DNA of 64,000 nucleotides, taken from contig NW_027117343.1 in assembly GCF_038025025.1 (NCBI RefSeq), positions 868,001-932,000 on the forward strand. Reading direction: 5' to 3'. Positions within the stretch are counted from its first letter, which is position 1. Each line of letters begins with the position of its first letter. This document shows, piece after piece, positions 1-12,188 of this stretch. A program made the position numbers and the translations under genes. The notes beneath the pieces are model-generated. The model worked only from the letters and a program-made list of their open reading frames with translations. It searched no databases and was not told the DNA's origin. Source of the DNA: Phyllosticta citribraziliensis. Taxonomy: Eukaryota.

Positions 1-319
1 CGTTTCCTTGTCGCGGATCAGGTGGATGTGCACCGGCTCGCCGTACTGCGAGAAGATGGTGACGATGTCGCCTTCGGAGAGGTTGAACGGGAGCCCGCCG
101 ATGTAGACGTATGCCTGTGTCAATGTGAGCGCGTTGCTCGTGCTGTGTTGTGTGCTGTGTGCGAACAATGTCCGCGCGTGGAGGTTGCTATTGTAGCCAG
201 ATTGGACGGGCAGAAACACGTACCGTGTCGCGGTAGTCGGCGTGCCATGAGGCTTCTGGAGGGATGCCGGCTTCAAGCTCGCGCTTGTTGAGCTCCTTGA
301 TCGAGCGGATCGTGTTCAT
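1..319 (-). CDS. IST3: U2 snRNP/RES complex RRM protein Ist3/Snu17 (RBMX2, Cwf29 orthologue); 5' part only, runs off the window start
   Basis: Manual translation: ATG at 319, MNTIRSIKELNKRELEAGIPPEASWHADYRDT, GT-AG intron 223..115, then AYVYIGGLPFNLSEGDIVTIFSQYGEPVHIHLIRDKET (RNP2 and the family-typical N-terminus). Absent from the ORF track. Confidence 0.93.
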
Positions 320-680
320 CGTTGCAGCGGCTTCTAGGCGCTGGTTTCTGAGCTTTGAGCAGGGATTGCGTTGGTTTCGAAACGCGGTTTAGAGATAGGT
401 CATCCTGTGACTGGGATGCGCAAATAAAGTTTCGAGGCAACAGGTGTGGTTGAATGTCGAGGGAGCTTGGTCGAGCTTGCGGAAAGTTGTGATGGATGAT
501 GTCGTTGCCGCGGCCGCTTACTAATCACGAGATGACCATTTCCCGATGCAAAGGAACGTAGCGCAGCTCATAGCTATCCAGCAAGTGTCTCAAATGATTA
601 TGAGGAAGAATTCAATTGTACTGTCTAATTCTACTCACGCTGAATCTGATCTGACAATGGTTCCCCAATCTGACCCTTAG

Positions 681-2311
681 TCAAACTCCTCGGGCATCTC
701 CTTGACTTTCATGAGCTTCAAACTCCTCGACCATCTCCCCGACGGTCATAAGCTCATCATTGGGTTGGACCCCATACGTTCGGCTCTCCCGCGGCTCAGC
801 GATCAAACCCAATTCGGCAGCTAACGAGCGGTCTGCGGCTTCATCCTCCTCTAAAGACGACATGGAAGGATCGTTGACGCTTTCCGGGCGAACTAGTGCT
901 GAATTCGTCATGGGTGGTGGTTCCGAGAATGGCGAGTTTCTCAAAACTGGCGACACCCGTGAAGGCGACGAGCTTGGTCGTCTCTTTCGCAAACGCTCTG
1001 ACATGCGTCTGATGGATTCTGGGACGTCACACGCGCGCGCCACGCTCTGCTTCGCCTGTCCTCGTAGTTCCGAGGGACTTGCATGCTGATTCTGCTCCGG
1101 ACTTCGTTTTTTCTGTCCTTTCAATTCCGTGGCTTTCTTGTGCTGGGCCGGCTGGTTCGTCTGCTGTTGTTGCGCGGAACGACTTTCGTGTGCGATTCTG
1201 CTTTGAATGCGGCATTCTTCCACACTTCGCACGAACCATCTCGACGTACCCAATGGCACAAACCCCATCGACAGGTGGAGTCGCTCAGTAAGTAGTTGGG
1301 CCACGTTTCTTTGGTGGTCGTTGTCAAGGCCAGCGGCCCGCATGTCGCTGAACGGCCAGTCCAAGTCCATCATACTAAGAGGCCAGGCTACCACGAATTT
1401 CATGTTGGGGTACCGCCACACAGCCGCATCGATGAGATGTTTGTACATCGCCTTTGCGATGCCACGGTGGCGGTATTCTCCACTGACAGTAACCATTTGG
1501 ATGATGAGGAAGCCAAAGTCGCCGATTTCTTCGACGTTGTCCGTCTCTGATCGCTCAAGGGAGTTCGGGAAAAGCTGGGGCGTACTTATGTCTTGGTCTG
1601 TTTGAACGCCGGCTTTCGTAGTCGCTGTGCTAGAGTGAGCTGTTTGTCCTTCCTCCAAGAGAGCAAGACATATACCTCCTTCCTGAGACCTACCCATCTC
1701 CTCCTCTCGGCAAGTACGCCTGGACTGGCTCTCGTCAGAATTGTTCGTCGGCTTTCTCGGGGAAGTATGCTGTCCCTCAACAACAGGGCAATTTCCTATT
1801 TGCTGGACGATGGGAGTGGGCATGTCTTGTGCCTGAATAGCAGGGAAGGTGTTCGGCACATTTTCATCACCTGAAGTGGCTTCAGAACCAGACTCCGAGC
1901 TACTGCAGTCAAGATCATCTACAAATTTGACGGCTGCTTTCGCACGACCATGCTCGTCAAAGGCTTCCTTGACAAAGAGCTTTGCTTGGCCAGGGATTCG
2001 ATATCCACTGCGACCAAATTTCCAGCCGTGGTCCAGAGCCTGCTGGCGATCGAAGCAGAACCCTTTACAAAAGGCCACTTCTTGTAGTAGCTCTGGACTG
2101 GGGTCGTTTGTTACTCTGCAGATTACATCAGACCTTGAACTCTTGCGGGAACAGATCCTACTCGCTTCTTCCCCACGCTGACTTCCAGACTCTCCCAGGG
2201 ATCTCCTCTTAGATGAGCGCACATGGTTCTCAACGCCGCGATATCAGTTCCTTCAACTTTGTAGGGGTGATATTTGACAATAACCTCCGGGATTTTTCCG
2301 TTGGAGGCCAT
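681..2311 (-). CDS. Hypothetical protein with a divergent GNAT acetyltransferase-like domain and a low-complexity C-terminus; 5' exon structure uncertain
   Basis: 513-aa ORF 681..2222 contains VSGEYRHRGIAKAMY (GNAT motif A-like V-x3-R-x-x-G-I-A), FVVAWP and SMGFVPLG. The nearest upstream ATG (2311, MASNGKIPEV) is in another frame and would need an intron I could not place in frame. Confidence 0.5.
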
Positions 2312-2895
2312 GTTTGCAGACGCAAGAAGCGATAGTGATAAGAGAAGAATACGTGACGAAAATCGGATGGACAACAGGATCTGAGCAATGTGAGACAGGA
2401 TGGATGGCGGTTCTCGCAGGTTTTTGTAAAGTTGCGATTTCCATTTTGACCGTTTGAGGCGAGGTGGGAAGGGGCCGTGGGCGAGCATGTCCGTCAATGA
2501 TCATGGAAGCTGGCTGGCACCCGTGTCACTTCTTCAACACAGGTGGTCCACCGAGGAGTCATCGAAAACTTTCCAACATTGCCTTTCCGTTCAGATGAAT
2601 CGCGACCAGCAGACAGTATTTGTATTGCGGTCGGACCTGGGCATTAACGCAGAAAGCAAGACCCGATTTGTCAAACCTGAACATCTTTCAGTTTTCTCCA
2701 TTCATTCTCTTCTACTGAGGTGGTCGTTTCTTCTTTTGGTAGCTTCGTCATTCCCTTTAATCCAGCGTGGTATCTTCGTCGTGGTAGCCGCCTTGCTTCC
2801 GTTTCATGGAGCGCGAGGTGCACAACCGAATCGCACCCAAGCATGGCCGAGTTTTTTGATATTGGAAAACGTAGCAGTCATGAAATTTTCTGCGT

Positions 2896-5060
2896 TTACA
2901 TCCTGTCGACAGGGGTCAAGCCAAGGAGCTCCATGCCGTTCCTGAGGACCTGTCTGGCGCTGACATACAACGCCATACGAGCTCTCTTGAGCTGCTCCTC
3001 GCTACCAATGACCTGCAGGACTTCGTAGCTGCTGCTGATGGCGTGCGTCATCTTGAAGAGATACATGAGAACAGTGGTGGGCTCCTTCTTCTTGAGAGTA
3101 TCCATAAAGACGTCTGGCCACTGAGCGAGCATCCGAATCACGTCAACTGCATGTCTCTCGGTGAGGAGCGACAGGTCCGCATTGACCAGCTCTTCCTCGG
3201 GGATGCCAGACTTGCGGACAATGCTGCAAAGACGGGCGTGCGCGTATTCAAGATAGGGGCCAGTGTCGCCCTCGAAAGAAGTCATGCGCTCAAGGTTGAA
3301 TTCGTAGTTGTTGATGCGCTTGCCCTTCATGTCTTGGACCATGACGGCGGCGATGCCCAGAATGTCTGCCGTCTCTGCCGGGTTCTCAACTTGCTCGTAC
3401 TTGGTCTGGTTGGTCTTCATGACCTCGTGCATCTTCTCGCCGACAATGTTGAGGACCTCGTCCAGTGCCTTGGCAGTTCCGAGACGAGTGGACATGCCCT
3501 TGACCATACCAAAGTTGACGTGCTCGCAGCGGTCTGCAATGTCCTTGCGACCCATGAGCTCAATGATCTTGAACAGCTGTGCCAGGTGCAGGTCCTGCTG
3601 CGTGGCGACAACGTAAATCATCTTGTCAAAGTGGTACGCGTCGAAACGCTCGACAGCGGCACCGATGTCACGGGTCAGGTATAGCGAAGTTCCATCCTTC
3701 TTCTTGACAAGAGCCTTGCCCAACTTCTTGTTGTGCTTGGTCAGGTCAACAATTACCGCGCCCTCGCTGTTTTCCGAAGTTCCAGTCTCCTCCAGCTGCT
3801 TGGCGGCGGCCTCCATGGACTCGTTCTTGACAAAAGACTCGCCAGAGTAGACGTCGTATTCGATGTTGAGGCGGCGGTACGACTTCTTCAGCGCCTCGAT
3901 GGACACCTCGCGGCACCATTCCCAGAACTTCATGGGCTCCTCATCGCCGTCCTCCATGCGCTTAAAGTAGTCGCGCGCTTGCTGGCTGACACTCTTGGCG
4001 ACGAGGGCGTCGACTTCTTTTTGAAGCTCTGCTGCCTCCTGGTCCTTGCTTTCCTTCTTAAGCTCTTGAATCTTGTCCTGCTTGGTCTTAATCTCCTCGT
4101 CCTCTTCCCTCTGGATCTTGGTCATCTGCTGGTAAACCTCGACAAGATGCTTGATTGGGTCCGCCTTGAGCTTTTGCTCATCGCCATACTGCTTGTATCC
4201 AACGGCGAGAATGCCATACTGCCTGCCCCAGTCACCAAGGTAGTTCATCTTGGTGACGTCCCATCCTGCGCCCTTGTAGAGGTTGGAGAGGAAACCACCG
4301 ATGATGGTGCTGCGCAAGTGGGCGTAGCCAAAGGGCTTGGCAATATTGGGAGAAGAGAATTCGATGATGATGTGCTTGCGGCCCTTGGAGGGGTCTGAGG
4401 GGTCTTTGAGACCATCGTAAGGGTTCAGGCCGTACTTGCTGCCGCGCTTGAGGATGGTGGGGAGGACCAGGGACGTGAGGGCTTGGGGCTTGAAGAAGAA
4501 GGAAAGGAAAGGCCCATTCGCGACGGGCTTTTCGACGAGCGGAGACTCGGGGAACTGGCAGTGTAAGTCTTGAACTAACAGTGGTGGCACATTTGGTTTA
4601 CCTTGTCCTGAATCTCCTTTGCCGTCTCGTCTGGCTTCTTGCCCTTCAGCCTGAGGGCAGGCACAGGCAGAGTCAAGTCACCCTTGTCCAGAGTCTGAGT
4701 GGTTTGAATGACGGGAAAGATGATGTTGACGTCGACGCCGCTTGCTTGCGACACGAGCTCGGCAATGTGGGAGCGGAAGATGTCGACTGGGTTGACTTCT
4801 GGGTGGGTGTTGCGCTGCTTGGGAACCTCGGAGAGTCCCAGGTTCTTCAAAGTCGCAGCGACGTCGGCAATGGACGCGTCTTGGAGCTGGACTGCGGCCA
4901 TGATGGTTGGGTCGAAGGGTTTGGACTGGTTGGTTGGTGGAGGGTGAAAGGACCGAGTCCGAAGAGCGATTGAGGGGCGCGGCAGGCGTGGGAGTGTGGA
5001 ACAGCGACTGGATATGCGAGTTTGGAAAGGCGTCCGTTGGAAGAGGCGCAGGAATCGCAT
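2896..5060 (-). CDS. Arginyl-tRNA synthetase (class I), probably dual cytosolic/mitochondrial
   Basis: EFSSPNIAKPF, NYLGDWGRQYG, DGTSLYLTRDIGAA, FEGDTGPYLEYAHARLCSI and C-terminal LGLTPVDRM. One 47-nt GT-AG intron at 4601..4555. In-frame ATGs at 5060 (Arg-rich presequence) and 4901 (MAAVQLQD). Confidence 0.96.
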
Positions 5061-5699
5061 GCAGACCTGACAATGGAACTGGGCCTGAGGTGGTGGGGTC
5101 GCGAAGCAGTCGGTCGGAAAAGCTGATGCGCGTCAAAAATTCTTGACCGCCCGCGCCATTTGACTCATGCCGCCCTGGATGCCCCAACCCCTCCCGTCTC
5201 TCTCCTCTCCCCCCGCTGCACTAACTACCACGCCTCCATGTTCGTGTCATCCCAATTCTGCCTCACGTCCTGTCATGTCTGATGACTCTGGCAAAGCTGG
5301 TTGCTCCACGTCGGGGTGATTCTTGACATCTTGCTACGCCGCCCAGCCACCAACTGCCCCCCGCCAGAGTTGTCACAATCCTGTCCAACGACGAAGCTCC
5401 AACATATGCTGCCGGTGTGATTAAGCCTGTTGGAAGCTCCCGACGAATGATTGCACTTCACGGGACGGGAAGTTGTTGTTGCATCGTCAGCAAGCCCTCG
5501 CCTTCCAACTCCCCCTCAGCCTTGCTGCACCGCCCTGATATCTCCACCAGCTGGCGATCATCAGGGTATATAAGACGGGCTGGATGTCAACTTTGATCAC
5601 CATCACTTTGACACAACCTTCGTCTACTTTCACAGCTTATTCACCATTCAGATATTGAATTCTTTGAGTTGGAGACGACTTCTGACATCACAACACATC

Positions 5700-6245
5700 A
5701 TGTCTGAGCAAACAACTTCAAACGCGGAGCAAATCGCCCCCGAGGTCGAAAGGGTCATCGCCTCTGGAAAGGCCACCATCTTCAAAGCACCCCACCCGAT
5801 CACTACAACCAGCCCTTCCGTATTTCTTGCGGGCAGCATCGAGATGGGCAAGGCTGTCGATTGGCAGACAGAAATCACGAGCACCCTGAGTCATCTTCCG
5901 ATTACCATCATGAATCCACGCCGTCCCGACTGGAACAACGACTGGAAGCAAGACATTTCGGATCCACGCTTCAAGGAACAGGTCGATTGGGAACTCGACT
6001 GCCAGGACCGCGCCGACGTCATCGCCATGTACTACGACAAGGGCACTCAATCCCCAATCACTCTGTTGGAGCTCGGTCTGTACGCAAAGAGCAGAAGGAT
6101 TGTCGTCGCCTGTCCCGAAGGCTACTGGCGCAGGGGAAATGTACAAGTTGTGTGCGACAGGTATGGCGTCGAGCTGCTAGGCTCGCTGGAAGAACTCGTG
6201 AAAAGGACCACCGAGAAATTGGAAGCCAAATTGGGAACGTCGTAG
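5700..6245 (+). CDS. Nucleoside 2-deoxyribosyltransferase-like (NDT/N-glycosidase fold) protein
   Basis: ATG at 5700. SVFLAGSIEMG..DWQ, NPRRPDW, QVDWEL, SPITLLELGL and RRGNVQVVC match the Nuc_deoxyri_tr2-type family. TATA-like TATATAAG near 5567. Confidence 0.85.
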   Translation: MSEQTTSNAEQIAPEVERVIASGKATIFKAPHPITTTSPSVFLAGSIEMGKAVDWQTEITSTLSHLPITIMNPRRPDWNNDWKQDISDPRFKEQVDWELDCQDRADVIAMYYDKGTQSPITLLELGLYAKSRRIVVACPEGYWRRGNVQVVCDRYGVELLGSLEELVKRTTEKLEAKLGTS

Positions 6246-6972
6246 ATGACGGTTCTCAATGCAGGTGTGCCAACGCCTGTTTTCGAATGCAACACGATGG
6301 CCGAAGACCTGGTAGACCTTTCAGTGTCGCCTCAAGGGATTCAGACAGTTTATCCTTTGACAGACAGGTCTGGTAGACAGGGGCGATTTTGTTCACAATG
6401 GATCCCATTCAATTCTGAAAGTCTTCCATTGTTCAGTTTTCGAGCGAGCAGCCAAAAATCGCATGTTGATGCGTCACTTGGGAGGTATCGTGGCTTTCCC
6501 ACATTTCCCGATGTCATGGCCAGTCTCCCACATGGGATCTCAATCGGTAGATTCACTTGGATTTCAAAAGCATCCAGTCTCGAACACGTGTGCCCCAACT
6601 CTCAGGACCGACCTCCACTGCTGACGATGCGGGGTACCCACGCCTGCTGCATCTTCGCTTTGGAGATAGGATGCGCTTATCACCCCCGGGCCGCGCACCA
6701 TGGTGCATGTTCGCTCGCAGTCGCTTCTGCACCATTTTCCTGCCATTGAAGCAGTGAGTTTAGCCATTTGAGCGGGGATCGCGTGGAGTTGACGCGGCTT
6801 CGGGTGCCAGGTATACGGGAAGTCCCTATCACTCGATGACCATGCATTCCACCCCATTCTGCTCCAGCGTTGAAGAGCAAAAGTTCTTCATGTATCGGCG
6901 CTGTATTCGTTTCCAGGTCTCAACTCCCCGTCTTGAAGAAAGCATCCCATCCGAAGGCCCGCTACGTCAGAC

Positions 6973-8666
6973 ATGGAGAACAAAAAAGACAGCATAGAAA
7001 AGCCAGAGGCTGAGATCGCTGAGGGCGTGGTGGAGTACGGAGCAGATCAGCAAAAGCTACGGGATATTGCAGGGGAATTGTATCTCGAGGTGCAACAATA
7101 CCCAAGGGAGGAGCTCGAAGCCGAAGGCAAGAAAGTGCTGCGAAAGATTGACAAAGTGATACTTCCAGTGGTAAGCGAACATGCTCAAAGGATCTCGGTT
7201 CATTTACTGAAGACAACATTCAGATCTGCATCACTTGCATGCTACATTATCTCGACAAGCTGTCCCTCAACTATGCCTCAGCATATACCCTCAAGGAGGA
7301 CTTGGGACTCGAAGGGTAAGGCGCGCTCTCTCTATCGTTAGTTCTGACCCGGAAGCTCACTCAAAGTCAGCCAACGCTACTCGTGGACCGCCGCCGTCTT
7401 CAACTTTGGCTACCTCTTCTGGTCCATACCAGCCAACATCATAATGCAGAAGCTTCCCGTCGCTAAATTCACCGGTGGTCTCCTGCTCGGCTGGGCCGTT
7501 GTCCTCGTTTGCCATGTCGCAGCCACGAACTACGCTGGGCTGTTGGTACTGCGCTTCTTCATGGGCATGTTTGAGGCCAGCATCTCGCCGCTCATCATGA
7601 CCATCACGTCCATGTTTTATGCGCGCGACGAACAGCCGTTCCGCATGTGCCTGTTCCTAGCCTTCAATGGCGTCGCGACGATGTTGGGCGCGCTTCTGAG
7701 CTACGGACTGGGCAACGCGACGGGCAGCTTGCTCAAGACGTGGCAACTCATCTTCTTGGTCATTGGAGCGCTGAACGTTGTCTGGGGCATCTTGTTTGTC
7801 AGTCCACCCCCTGATGCCCCCTTTCCGCTGTCGTCAAGAGAAAAATGGCCTGACTTTAGCTGCAGCTCATCCTCACGCCCGACTCGCCCAGCACGGCCAA
7901 GTTCCTAACGCACAAGGAGAAAGTCGTCGCCATCAACCGCATCGCAACCAACATGATCGGCGTCAAGAACGCGCACTTCCAAACCAAGCAGTCGCTCGAA
8001 GCCCCCACCGACGTCAAAGTATGGTGCCTAACGCTGATCGGGCTGGCCTGTGGCATCATCAACGGCGGGGTCTCCAACTTCTCGTCCGCGCTGCTCAAGG
8101 GCTTCGGGCTCTCCGGGCTCAACGCCACGCTGATGCAGCTGCCGAGCGGCGCCATCGAGTTCGTCGTCGTGCCGCTGTGCGGGCTGGCCGCCGGCCGCTT
8201 CCGCGACACGCGCGCGCTGTGGCTCGTCATAAGCTGTCTGCCGCCGCTGGGCGGCCTCATCGGCATCCAGTTGACGAGCCTGCAGCACCGCTGGGCGCTC
8301 GTCGGCTGCAGTTGGCTGCAGTACATCTTCGGCGCCGCCATCATCCTCGCCTGGAACCTCTTGACAACCAACGTTGCGGGCCACTCCAAACGCGCCCTCG
8401 CGACGGGCCTGTGGTTTGTGTTTTACGCCGCGGGCAATGTGGTTGGCGCGCAGGTCTTTTTGGATCGCGAGGCCCCGCGGTACCATTCGGCCATTATCAC
8501 GCTGTCGGTTTGCTACGCTGGTATTATTGTTGCGACGTCGGTCTTGCGGCAGCTCATGTGGTGGGAGAACCGGCGGCGCGAGGGCAGCAGCGGGGACGAG
8601 GCGACGAGGGACGGCTTCATGGACCTGACGGACCGTGAGAATCGCGGGTTCAGATACGCCTTGTAA
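6973..8666 (+). CDS. MFS transporter, allantoate permease (Dal5/ACS) family
   Basis: Exons 6973-7170, 7224-7315, 7371-7797 and 7866-8666 joined by GT-AG introns. Motifs LRKIDKVILP, YLDK, LRFFMGMFEA, PDSP, NVAGHSKR, EAPRY, DLTDREN.FRY. Confidence 0.93.
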
Positions 8667-8941
8667 CGGCGTCGACATGAGTCGGGGACTATTGGAGCAT
8701 CGACGCCATGGGTCGAAGACGGCAAAGGTAATGTCATGGGAGCGTTCAGACATTGCAGAAATGGATAGATAATAGACGCTAGAATATTTGATCATGACAT
8801 TCTCCGCTCGGACAACCACCGACAGTCCCCAACATCACCCCTGAAGGCATCTCGACCCAACTACTTCGTCCGCTCCGGCAGCCTGCATCGCAATCAGCGC
8901 CACGCCTCCCACGATCCCACCCAACACGACCAACAACATAC

Positions 8942-9319
8942 TCACTCCTTCTTCTCCTCGGCCGGCGCTCCCTCCGCAATCGTCACCTCAAGGACATCCT
9001 TGCCGACACCACTCGCCTCGACCAAGCGCAGCGCCGCCTCGACATTATCCTCGGTCAGCACCGTCGTGGCGGGGAAGGTCTTCGCGTCGCGGCCGGCGCC
9101 GGCCCAGCGCACGCGGATCGTCTCGACGCGGTCCGGCTGGCTCTTCTTCTTGGCGTACTTTGCCAGGAACTCTTGCGTGTTGACCGACGTCGACGCCACC
9201 GCTTCGATCTGCGACGTCAGGTCTGCTAGCTTGGTGCCGGGCGAGATGAGGAGCAGTTCGTGGCGGGAGGACGAGCCGGCGATGGTGAAGATGATGGGGA
9301 AGGTGTTGCTGGAGGCCAT
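8942..9319 (-). CDS. Small hypothetical protein (125 aa)
   Basis: ATG in a good context (CAAAAACACCATGG), strong GC3 codon bias, globular-looking sequence (IRVRWAG..FPATTVLTEDNVEAALRLV..KDVLEV). Confidence 0.7.
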   Translation of the reverse strand: MASSNTFPIIFTIAGSSSRHELLLISPGTKLADLTSQIEAVASTSVNTQEFLAKYAKKKSQPDRVETIRVRWAGAGRDAKTFPATTVLTEDNVEAALRLVEASGVGKDVLEVTIAEGAPAEEKKE

Positions 9320-10442
9320 GGTGTTTTGTGGTGGTTGTTGTTGTTTATTTTATGGGTTGAGGAGGTGATGGACGGTGGCGCGGTGCCTTTACGATGTTTT
9401 TTGCGAGTGATGCAGGAGAGCTTGTGTGAGCTGTGCGAGGTCTCCGTATAGCGTGCGTGCGTGCGAGAGGGAAAGGAGGACGAGTCCGGCGCGCTGAACG
9501 ATGATATAAACTTTGAACCAAATCCGTCGTCCCCCGAGGGGTGCCTCGATCTTTATACGTCCCAGCCACCGCCCCGACAAGGCTACCTGCCTACCCGGCA
9601 GACATCATTCATCCACCTGGTCAGACACGATGATGCCAACCAACCAGCCAGCCAACAGCAAGTTTTCAGTCTGGTCCGCCGCCGCCCCGTTAGGTGCTCC
9701 AGTAGCACGCGTGAGGCCGCACGCGCGGCGACGTCACCGTGCAGCCGAGCCATGGATGCGCGGCAGGGGTGGGCTGGCCAATCGCATGTGGAGCCCCGCC
9801 GCCAGAGAAAGTCGCAAACTGTCCGTCTGTCTTGCTTGCTTGCGTGCGAGCAGCAAGATCACCCGGCCCGTCCCAGCTGTCAAACTGACTACCGTAGTTT
9901 GGCGGCGCGCGGTGGCTGATGGGCTGCGGGGATCGTGGTGGAGAGAGCGTTCCGCTTGAGGAGCTCGCAGTCTTCCGACGCATACGTTGTCGATTGTGGA
10001 GGTGTTGTTGGAAGTGGTCGTCGCTGGACATGGTTGTGGTGCTCTTACCCCTGTCGCGTCGGCCAGGGGGTGTTTCTCTCGCGTCGCACACTGCGTCATT
10101 GCGACCACTCTGGCCTCGGGTAGCTGCGACAACACCAGTAAAATCTTGGAAGACTCGATGAATTTCGGTCTACGTGCAGCGCGCTGCCTTGTTTCGCCGT
10201 GCACCGAAGAAGTGGAGCTGGCCGAGGCGAGCGCAAGATGGAGGAAATGGTAGATATGTAAGGTAGTACAAACGGGGGGTATAACCAAGCTCGAGTCCCC
10301 GCAACTGTTGAGCGTCATAATAAGAAGGAGATTCTAGCAGAAAGACAATGGACCTCCCGACATGATGGTCATGCAAAATAGCAAAGAAAAAGAAGGAAAC
10401 TTTTTCCGCTCGCCCTGATTACAAGAAAAGGTATTACAGCAA

Positions 10443-12188
10443 TTACAACGCGGCAATCAGCTCGCCGCCCTTCTCGGCGGCAACCATGATGCCAAACTGC
10501 GGGTTGACGGTCAGCGGCGCGACAACGCTGGCATCGACGACGTGGACGTTGTCGGTGCCCTGGACCTTGAGCGCCTCGGCGTCAACGCACGACCCGATGC
10601 GGCAGCTGGAGCTCCAGTGGTTGACCTGGCCCTTGGCGTACTGCGACGGCGTGGTGATGTAGTTGACAATCTCTTCCTTTGACGCGTTGGCGGGGATGTT
10701 GAGCGGCGTCAGGCCAGAGCCGGGAAGCGCCTGGAACAGGTCGTGGATGAACTGCGCAATGTCGCTGGCGTCGCGGCCCGCGGCGTCGCTGTAGTAGATG
10801 TCGTCCGAAGGCCCAGCAACGCCCTTGGCGTCGACTTGCACACGTCCCGACGAGAGCAGCCCGCTCGTGCCGTACACGTTGAGCGTGATGGTCCGGTCGT
10901 CGACGTATTCGCCGTATCCGGCGCTGTCGATGGTGCCCTGGACGCCAGTCGGCGGTGTGCCGTCCGTGTGCGGCATCATGGTCCAGAAGACGGAGGTCTG
11001 CGAGGCAAAGGTGTAGGGTCCGCTCTTCGAGCCGAGGTACATGAGGGTGTCCGACGTGATGGGAGACTTGTAGGAGTAGGTGTACGAGGCGATGCTGGGA
11101 CCGGTGAGTTCGATGAAGGTGTTGGGGTTGTCGAAGAGACCATCGCCGACGGCCGTGTTGTTGATCCAGGTAGAGGGGTTCATCGAGTCGGGGAGAAGCT
11201 TGTTGGACTCGAGCTGCGAGAGAGTGGCTGGATCACCGATTCCGCTCATCATCAGGAGCTGGGGCGATTGAATGGCGCCTCCGCTCAGAACCACGCGGCC
11301 GGTGGAAGAAAGGGGAATCGTCACCGTGGTGCCATTGAACTTGGCCACGACGCCGGTGGCCTTCGAGCCGGACCTCTCGACGCGCTGGACGCGGACACCG
11401 CTTTGGAGGAGGAAGTTGGAGCGGCTGAGAGACGTCTGCAGGTAGGTGGTGACAGGTCCTCCGCGCTGGCCGTTGTTATAGTCGTACGCGGGCCGGCCAA
11501 AGACCTTGGTCTTATCATGGGGCTCATCGTTGATGACAACGTTGGAGTAGCCAGCACTGTCGACAAGCCACTTTTTGGCAGCCTCGTATCCCGTCTGAAG
11601 ATAGAAGTTGCCATCGGCAGAGTAGTTGGTAACAGACTTTTGTCTGCTCAAAAGCCGCTTTGTTGCCGCCTCGAGGTCGGCATCCTTCCAGCCGTCAGGA
11701 TGAAAGGTATCCCAATCAGAAGAAGGAGGTTGGAAGAAGAGTCCTGCATTGATTGCGCTGGAACCGCCAATCGTGCAGCCTCCAAAGGCGGCGGTCTCTT
11801 CGCTTGCGCACGTCAAGTCGCCGGGGTCGTCAAATACACTTTTGTCTGTCGCGGTTGATAAGCGGAAATTCAATCAAGGTTGAAGGTTGTAAACAAGCTT
11901 ACATAGACCCGGGATGTCAACGCGACTCATGTTGGTTCCCGCAAGCCAATCAGGCTGCTGCGAGCCGCCAGTGATGCCATATGACTTGCCCCCGCCTTCA
12001 AGCAAAAGCGTCTTCTTGCCAGCTTCGCTCAGCTTGTCGGCAACGATGATACCGGCCGGTCCGGCACCAACGACAATGGCATCCCATTCTTGCGAGGTCC
12101 AGTCTTGCTCGCCAAGCGCAATGGTCAAAGGTGCGGCGAGAGAAGAGCAGGAAAGAAGAGCGACGAGGGGTATGTGTATTAACCTCAT
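10443..12188 (-). CDS. Secreted GMC oxidoreductase, cellobiose dehydrogenase-type flavodomain (AA3_1) with no cytochrome domain
   Basis: Signal peptide MRLIHIPLVALLSCSSLA; WDAIVVGAGPAG (FAD-binding); intron 11902..11846 restores DIPGLYKSVF; GGSSAINAGL, GQRGGPV, catalytic His/Asn pair in VNHW and TVNP. Confidence 0.9.

Noticed and set aside
22..291. 89-aa plus-strand ORF
   Set aside because: Antisense shadow of the spliced IST3 gene.
6246..6749. 167-aa ORF starting immediately after the NDT-like stop (TAGATG), suggesting readthrough or coupling
   Set aside because: No recognisable motif or codon bias; most likely 3' UTR or intergenic sequence.
9690..10031. Minus-strand ORF MSSDDHFQQHLHNRQ...
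   Set aside because: Low complexity with no domain. It could be a small orphan gene, but the sequence alone does not support a call.
10743..11858. 371-aa plus-strand ORF and similar long antisense ORFs over ArgRS, MFS, carB, the ankyrin gene and myosin
   Set aside because: Expected by-product of high GC3 on the opposite coding strand.
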